DNA of 64,000 nucleotides from Puniceicoccales bacterium (GTDB lineage Bacteria; Verrucomicrobiota; Verrucomicrobiia; Opitutales; UBA9783): NCBI GenBank assembly GCA_031260015.1, contig JAIRKR010000045.1, positions 1,902 to 65,901 of the forward strand, read 5' to 3'. Shown piece by piece: positions 58,663 to 64,000 of this stretch (position 1 is its first letter; each line of letters starts with the position of its first letter). The notes under the pieces were generated by a model. It saw only the letters and a program-made list of their open reading frames with translations, ran no database searches and was not told where the DNA came from. The position numbers and the translations under genes were made by a program.

Positions 58663-59166
58663 TCAACCGTTCTTGACCAAACAATCACATTCTATATTCA
58701 CTTTAAAAAGCCGTGTGTGGAAGACTTTTCGCCTAATGCTTAGATTTTTTATCCACATCGGTAAAGTTTCCTTTTGAAACACTTGTATAAAATTTTCAAG
58801 TTCAGGGAAAAAACTGTAAAATTTTAGATGACATCGATAAACCATTTCGTGATCAGCCTGTGACCATAGGAAATCTGGCAATGGACTGACTTGACAAGAG
58901 TATTTAAAATACTCTTGTCCTTTTAAATAGGCTTCAAAATAGGTTGCAAGAGATGATTGGATTTCACAAGCTCCAACTTCAATGGGGAGGACTCTGATTG
59001 CTTGAATTTTTTGGCGAAGTTGCTTATATTCGTTGGAAATCCGTTGACAATCATTCAACTTTGTAAGTAATACTTTATGATCCTTTTTCAGTTTTCTTGC
59101 CCACAACAGGCATATTCCATTTAAAATTAATATAAAAAAACAAAAAAGAATAAATTTTTTACTCAT
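58663..59166 (-). CDS. GspM/PilO-like bitopic protein (putative secretion-platform component)
   Basis: MSKKFILFCFFILILNGICLLWA TM segment, then a coiled coil (NEYKQLRQKIQAI) and a small globular domain. Last gene of the gspF operon. Assignment by architecture and position only. Confidence 0.4.
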   Translation of the reverse strand: MSKKFILFCFFILILNGICLLWARKLKKDHKVLLTKLNDCQRISNEYKQLRQKIQAIRVLPIEVGACEIQSSLATYFEAYLKGQEYFKYSCQVSPLPDFLWSQADHEMVYRCHLKFYSFFPELENFIQVFQKETLPMWIKNLSIRRKVFHTRLFKVNIECDCLVKNG

Positions 59167-59185
59167 ACAAATGTACACGGCATCT

Positions 59186-60652
59186 TTACAATAGCCACCT
59201 ACATACAAAACTATTTTCCGTATAAGTCAAAGGCATCGTTGAGATTTGAACGCTTTTCTCCGGAGTGGAAAAAGTAGTGGAGCAACACGCCTTTAGGGTG
59301 CGTGAAAATTCTGCAGCGTCAACTAAATTCTTATAACGCCCTTTCATCTCAAATTCCAATTTTTCCGAAGATGAAATCTGTATTGAGTCAATGCATAAAT
59401 CTGATTTCAAAGACATAAATTGCTGCTTTATCTTTTGCAACAACTGCGTGTGCACAATTTGTTTTCCTTTCAGTAACTCCCAAGATGCCAATTGCTGTTT
59501 TAAGTTTTGAACATCACTTTCCCTAAGCGCATAAGCCATCTGCTGATGTATAAGATCGTTACACGCACTTGCTTTTTTCTTACATGTTTTCAATAAGAAA
59601 AAAAAGTACCCTATTAATAGCAATAGGATAACCCATCGCAACGCAACGTGATGTACTATCTTGCAAATGTAAAACAAGCTTATGACCCCCAAAGAAGATG
59701 GAGAATCCATCTCCATAAAGTCAAAATCATCAAAATGTCTATTGCCACTTAAAATATGCAAAATACCAACCAGCAAAGCCTGTTCGCTCAGTCCTACCTT
59801 CTTATCACTTGCACACCATAGGTGAATTTCTTTTATAACGCGTACCTTCTCACCAAACGCTAACAACGGTGATTCCAATTCCGATACGTTTCCTTGGCCA
59901 AAAATAAATATGTTTTTTACACCCGCCTGCAAATTTAAGCTGCGAGAAAAGTAATGAGACGTTACATTTAACTCTTTTACCACGTCTTGTTCTACCGAAT
60001 TGGCGGATGATATTTTTCGCAAATCTAAAAAGTTAAATGTGGGTTGATCCACAACGGAACTTTCGGGAATGCTTGTAAAAAAGCGAGTCAAATTGTCTTC
60101 TAAAAAAATACCTACGGCGGGTGACTGAAAAAACTTTTCATGCCTCATTTCTTCAAGATAAGCGGCCTGACCTACAATGGGTGGAAAACAATGGATGCCA
60201 TAGGGAAAGTATTTTTTACGCAGGTATAAAATATGTTTCAGGAGGATCCAAAATTTTTTTGGAATGAGGGTTACCCAATAAGTCTTAAAATCTTCATTAT
60301 ACGGCATCTGCTGAAACCTAAAAACAATTTTATCGCCCCGTAATCCAAAATCTTTATTTAACGCACCCGTTAACTGTTGGATAACCGAAAAACGATTCTT
60401 TTGGTAAGGCAAACGGACAACCATATTAATGACTAAATGTTCCGGTAAAATGAAACCTACGGGACCTAAAATTTTATGGGACCGTAATAACTTTTCCAGC
60501 GTAGCTTCCAAAACCTTTAACCAACGCTTTGTGGAGGATTGCGGTCCAAAAACGCTTTCATCCGCATTTAAGGTATATCCCAAAGGCGACTTTTCTAAGT
60601 CTAAAAATCGTAAATCTAATTGTCGTGTATTTAACAAATAATAGTGATTCAT
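59186..60652 (-). CDS. GspL-like / fused PilM-PilN-like platform protein (putative)
   Basis: 488 aa. Cytoplasmic domain of about 330 aa, one TM (WVILLLLIGYFFFLL), and a periplasmic coiled coil plus small domain. Lies immediately downstream of gspF. Confidence 0.4.
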   Translation of the reverse strand: MNHYYLLNTRQLDLRFLDLEKSPLGYTLNADESVFGPQSSTKRWLKVLEATLEKLLRSHKILGPVGFILPEHLVINMVVRLPYQKNRFSVIQQLTGALNKDFGLRGDKIVFRFQQMPYNEDFKTYWVTLIPKKFWILLKHILYLRKKYFPYGIHCFPPIVGQAAYLEEMRHEKFFQSPAVGIFLEDNLTRFFTSIPESSVVDQPTFNFLDLRKISSANSVEQDVVKELNVTSHYFSRSLNLQAGVKNIFIFGQGNVSELESPLLAFGEKVRVIKEIHLWCASDKKVGLSEQALLVGILHILSGNRHFDDFDFMEMDSPSSLGVISLFYICKIVHHVALRWVILLLLIGYFFFLLKTCKKKASACNDLIHQQMAYALRESDVQNLKQQLASWELLKGKQIVHTQLLQKIKQQFMSLKSDLCIDSIQISSSEKLEFEMKGRYKNLVDAAEFSRTLKACCSTTFSTPEKSVQISTMPLTYTENSFVCRWLL

Positions 60653-60659
60653 GCAACGT

Positions 60660-61832
60660 TTACCCCACCAACGACGACAATTGGAATATAGGTAAAAACA
60701 TGGCTATAACAATTACACCAATGACAACACCTAAGAAACAAATAATAAATGGTTCCAGCAATGACGTCATGGCGGAAACAATATTATTTACATCATTTTC
60801 GTAAAGTACCGCGACGTTGCGAATCATACCTTCAACGTTACCTGCTTGCTCCCCCGCTTTCGTCATATTGCACACAATGCGCGGAAAATAAGAAATACTC
60901 TCCATCAATGTCGACAATTGTTGTCCTTCCTGTATCCCCTTTTTTATGGAAGTACAAGCCATGGACAAATAAAAACTATCGGCCACGTTGGTACAAATAT
61001 CAATGGCTTTTAAGATTGGAACGCCACTGGACAATAAAACGGAGTAGGTACGACAAAAACGCGCAATGTTCGTTTTTTTAATTAAAGTTCCAAACAATGG
61101 AACATGACACAGCGTCGCATCTAAAAACTTGGCTCCGGCGGGCGACTTAAAGAGCTTTTTTAAACCCACAACAACGGAGACTGTCCCCCCTACAATGATG
61201 ACGACATGGCTTTTCATAAACTCACTTACGTCGATCAACGCTTGCGTCAACCAGGGCAATCGAGCTCCAAAACCACTAAACATTTCTCCAAATACGGGCA
61301 CAACCCAAATCATCAGTCCACTAACGAGTAAAAAGGACATGGAAACAATGGCGATGGGATAAGTTAAGGCACTCTTAAATTTTTTGGTTAATTTCAAGGA
61401 TGCCTCAAAGTAGTTTGAAACGGTTACCATTGCGTCTGGCAAAGCTCCCGATACTTCTCCCGCCTCGACCATATTGTAAAATAACGATGGAAACGCATTG
61501 GGATATTTTCTCAGCGCATCCGAAAATGAAGAACCCGAAAATATATTTTCTTTAACACGCGTAAGTATCAATTTAAACACTTTGTCGTCCATCTCGGCAG
61601 TAATCGTTTCAAGGGCGTGAGATAAGGGCAATCCAGCCTGTAACATGGAAGACAATTGCTGTGCAAAAATTGTTAAACGATCTAATTTAACAGCATCTCG
61701 TTGCGCACGCTTTTCAAGCCTAGAATCCGCTCCGCTGTCTGAACTTTTATTCCCAGAAAAAAATTCTTTTTTGCGAGTTGGTGTATCTTCACTTCCCGAA
61801 GAACTTGTCGCTTCATCATCAAACAGTACCAT
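60660..61832 (-). CDS. gspF: Type II secretion / type IV pilus platform protein GspF/PilC family
   Basis: 390 aa. Duplicated T2SF domains (LTIFAQQLSSMLQAGLPLSHAL, FCRTYSVLLSSGVPILKAI) and three TMs. Confidence 0.8.
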   Translation of the reverse strand: MVLFDDEATSSSGSEDTPTRKKEFFSGNKSSDSGADSRLEKRAQRDAVKLDRLTIFAQQLSSMLQAGLPLSHALETITAEMDDKVFKLILTRVKENIFSGSSFSDALRKYPNAFPSLFYNMVEAGEVSGALPDAMVTVSNYFEASLKLTKKFKSALTYPIAIVSMSFLLVSGLMIWVVPVFGEMFSGFGARLPWLTQALIDVSEFMKSHVVIIVGGTVSVVVGLKKLFKSPAGAKFLDATLCHVPLFGTLIKKTNIARFCRTYSVLLSSGVPILKAIDICTNVADSFYLSMACTSIKKGIQEGQQLSTLMESISYFPRIVCNMTKAGEQAGNVEGMIRNVAVLYENDVNNIVSAMTSLLEPFIICFLGVVIGVIVIAMFLPIFQLSSLVG

Positions 61833-62123
61833 ACATAAAATTTAACGCAGTTTTGTGGATCAATCAATCATGAATTGCACAAAAAATAAGTTTTACACTG
61901 CATCGACCCGCCATACAAAATCCAAAGTTGCCGAGGTAAATTCTTCAAAATCATTCGTATGCACGCGAAACAACGTGTATGGTTCAACCTATTATCCTCA
62001 TAAAGATGCATCCGTAAGCAGAGATTGGAGAAAATTTTCCTAAACACGCTTAGAACCCACACTCTTAATGCACCCATCCATTAAAAACAAACTAGACAAA
62101 AGGTAAAAATATGTTCTAGTAAA

Positions 62124-63245
62124 ATGATGCCCAATACGTTGCAACGCTACCTATTCAAACAATTTTTTGGGGCATCCACATATACCACTTTTCTGTTTGT
62201 TTTTGTTCTTATTATAGGGAATGCCCTCAAGGAAGTGCTTCCCTTATTGGCAAGTGGTAAGATTACGTGGACATTCTTCTTCGATCTGCTCTTTCACCTG
62301 ATCCCATCGATGATCGCCTACGCATTACCATTGGGATTATTGACCGCAACGCTTTTGGTCTTGGGACGACTCTCGGCGCAAAACGAATTGATGGCCATGA
62401 AGGCCTCCGGATTAAGTCTGTATGCCATCGTGACACCTATACTTTTAATAGCGGGCCTGGGTACTTTATTTGCCCTAATCGTCAATTTCTACTTTGGTCC
62501 AAACTCCATTACCTATTACCGAGCGTCCATCAGTAACGTAATTCGACAGCGTCCTCTACAATTTATTCAGGCGGGTACTTGCATTAAAGATTTTCCCGGT
62601 TACATTTTCTACGTTGAAAAAAAACACAAAGACTGGGTTGAGAACTGTTGGTTATGGGAGCTTGATGGCAAAAGTGTCACCGGAATAAATCTTCTTTTAC
62701 ATGCCGAAAAAGGTTACATTCGTTACAATCAAAACGCAGATAGTCTTATCCTTACATTGATCCATGGTATGGGGGAAAAGCATACTTCCCAGACAACTTC
62801 TATCGAAACTCAACCTATTACCTTTGAAAATACTTCGATTTCTCTACCCCTCAATCCTTTACTTGGGAGTAAAACGTTTACCAAGCGATTGGGGCATATG
62901 CACCTAGGGGAACTGTTATGCGCAAAAAACACCGCCAAAAATTTGTCTCACTATACGCCCCAAATAGCCGCTTCCCTGGAAATCCAAAAAAATGCCGTCA
63001 TGTCATTTGCGGTCTTATCCCTGATTTTCATAGCAATTCCTCTAGGTATCAAAGTAAAACGCGCAGAAACATCGGCAAACCTAGTTTTAGCGGTTGGTTT
63101 AGCGCTCAGTTACTATTTTATCGTGATGGCCATCTCTTGGCTGGAAACAAAACCTCATCTACGCCCCGATTTGCTCGTCTGGATTCCAAACTTTATTTTC
63201 CAATGCCTTGGCGTTACCCTTTTTATAAAAATCTCTAGACACTAA
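62124..63245 (+). CDS. LptF/LptG family LPS export permease
   Basis: 373 aa. LQRYLFKQFFGASTYTTFLFVFVLIIGN start, six TMs with a periplasmic beta-jellyroll-sized insert. Confidence 0.75.
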   Translation: MMPNTLQRYLFKQFFGASTYTTFLFVFVLIIGNALKEVLPLLASGKITWTFFFDLLFHLIPSMIAYALPLGLLTATLLVLGRLSAQNELMAMKASGLSLYAIVTPILLIAGLGTLFALIVNFYFGPNSITYYRASISNVIRQRPLQFIQAGTCIKDFPGYIFYVEKKHKDWVENCWLWELDGKSVTGINLLLHAEKGYIRYNQNADSLILTLIHGMGEKHTSQTTSIETQPITFENTSISLPLNPLLGSKTFTKRLGHMHLGELLCAKNTAKNLSHYTPQIAASLEIQKNAVMSFAVLSLIFIAIPLGIKVKRAETSANLVLAVGLALSYYFIVMAISWLETKPHLRPDLLVWIPNFIFQCLGVTLFIKISRH

Positions 63246-63476
63246 TAAGCTATCTTTAATATCTTCTAGATTTTTTACACGCTCGTCATATACTGCTAAT
63301 ATTTTCGGCACCAAAGCTTTAGCCAAGTCGTTACTTACCTCAGTTGCCGCAATCTTTTTTGGATCTTGCTCCTTCAGCATGTTTTGTACATGTTTTGCCA
63401 CGTTGTCCACATTTTTACTTATCCCGAAGCCAGAATCAGAGGGTCTTTTTATTTCATTGGCAGTAAGGGCTCCCAT
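63159..63476 (-). CDS. Hypothetical small protein (doubtful)
   Basis: 105-aa ORF whose last 87 nt overlap the 3' end of the convergent lptF/G-type gene. No motif. Confidence 0.3.
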   Translation of the reverse strand: MGALTANEIKRPSDSGFGISKNVDNVAKHVQNMLKEQDPKKIAATEVSNDLAKALVPKILAVYDERVKNLEDIKDSLLVSRDFYKKGNAKALENKVWNPDEQIGA

Positions 63477-63631
63477 GCGTTCAACAATTATCTTATGTTC
63501 GTTGGGTTTGTTAAGAAAAACCCTCAGACTGGTAAAGTTGTGATTACGGCAATAATCTCGCTTAGGATGATATTTTGACGAACTTTAAACTTGACATTAT
63601 ATAATAAAAATCATCCTCTTCGATATGTTAG

Positions 63632-64000
63632 ATGTTAGGTAAGTTTTATACTTTCTTAGTTGTTTTATCTTTGGCGTCGTTTACTTGTGCGGATATTGAT
63701 CTTCACGCATTAGCCGAGGAAATAAGAGTATTTTCTATCCAAATTGAAGATTCAAAAGTTGCAACTACGTTAAAAGCAGATGCTGATAGACTGGAGATGC
63801 CGTCTAGCAATCCAAGAGAACAAATACGTACTATTGAAAATATCCTACAGAAATTAGATAATTACAAAAAGAAAGAAGGCGCTTTAACTTTAAGAAGAGG
63901 TTGCATTAGAGCCGAAACATATTTTCAAGAAATACCATATGAACTTTTACGACAGAAAGTCCGTGAATATTTATTAGAACAATATCCGGATGCTGAAATC
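63632..64000 (+). CDS. Hypothetical exported protein, partial (runs off the window end)
   Basis: Not in the track. ATG 63632 gives MLGKFYTFLVVLSLASFTCADIDLHALAEEIRVFS..., 123 codons open to position 64000, with a signal-like N-terminus. Confidence 0.5.
   Translation, partial: MLGKFYTFLVVLSLASFTCADIDLHALAEEIRVFSIQIEDSKVATTLKADADRLEMPSSNPREQIRTIENILQKLDNYKKKEGALTLRRGCIRAETYFQEIPYELLRQKVREYLLEQYPDAEI

Overview
A densely coding, AT-rich 64-kb bacterial chromosomal window (about 40% GC by eye) with roughly 58 genes. By eye I found no rRNA, tRNA, CRISPR array, transposase or integrase.

Core content is that of a Gram-negative bacterium:
- Envelope: S41 tail-specific protease, rhomboid, lpxB, lolCDE-type genes, an lptF/G-type permease, a BamD-like lipoprotein, and a three-gene RND efflux operon.
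- Fatty-acid and phospholipid synthesis: fabG-acpP-fabF, rpmF-plsX-fabH, acpS.
- Translation and replication: rpmG, rpmF, hisS, mnmA, prfB with a +1 frameshift site, dnaN.
- Chaperones: an N-domain-less clpB and a ClpX-like ATPase.
- Others: tkt, ndk, and a sigma-28-type factor with no flagellar genes nearby.

This gene mix, together with a CesT-like type III secretion chaperone and a eukaryotic-like Ser/Thr kinase, suggests a host-associated bacterium, possibly chlamydia-like or from the PVC group. That assignment is inference only.

Between the core genes sit several accessory loci that I consider most worth following up:
1. 38.4-40.9 kb: a tandem family of exported proteins built from an iterated W-x-C-x2-C-x3-H-x3/4-C module. 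I cannot assign it to a known family, and one copy is decaying.
2. 47.8-55.4 kb: an operon encoding a 1265-aa Q/N-rich coiled-coil protein with about 98% identical 156-bp intragenic repeats, a HAD phosphatase and a Cys-tailed secreted protein. It lies divergent from a T3S class I chaperone-like gene and next to a helical, internally duplicated ORFan.
3. 55.4-56.8 kb: a three-domain EIIA(Ntr)-like / pyruvate-kinase-C-like / diadenylate cyclase fusion.
4. 20.1-22.1 kb: an ndk / orphan receiver protein / LMW phosphatase operon.

Three accessory genes carry lesions visible in the sequence: a GT8 gene with an in-frame TAA, the kinase split over three ORFs, and one Cys-repeat paralog. All calls rest on reading the ORF translations and the DNA directly. 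No database search was run.
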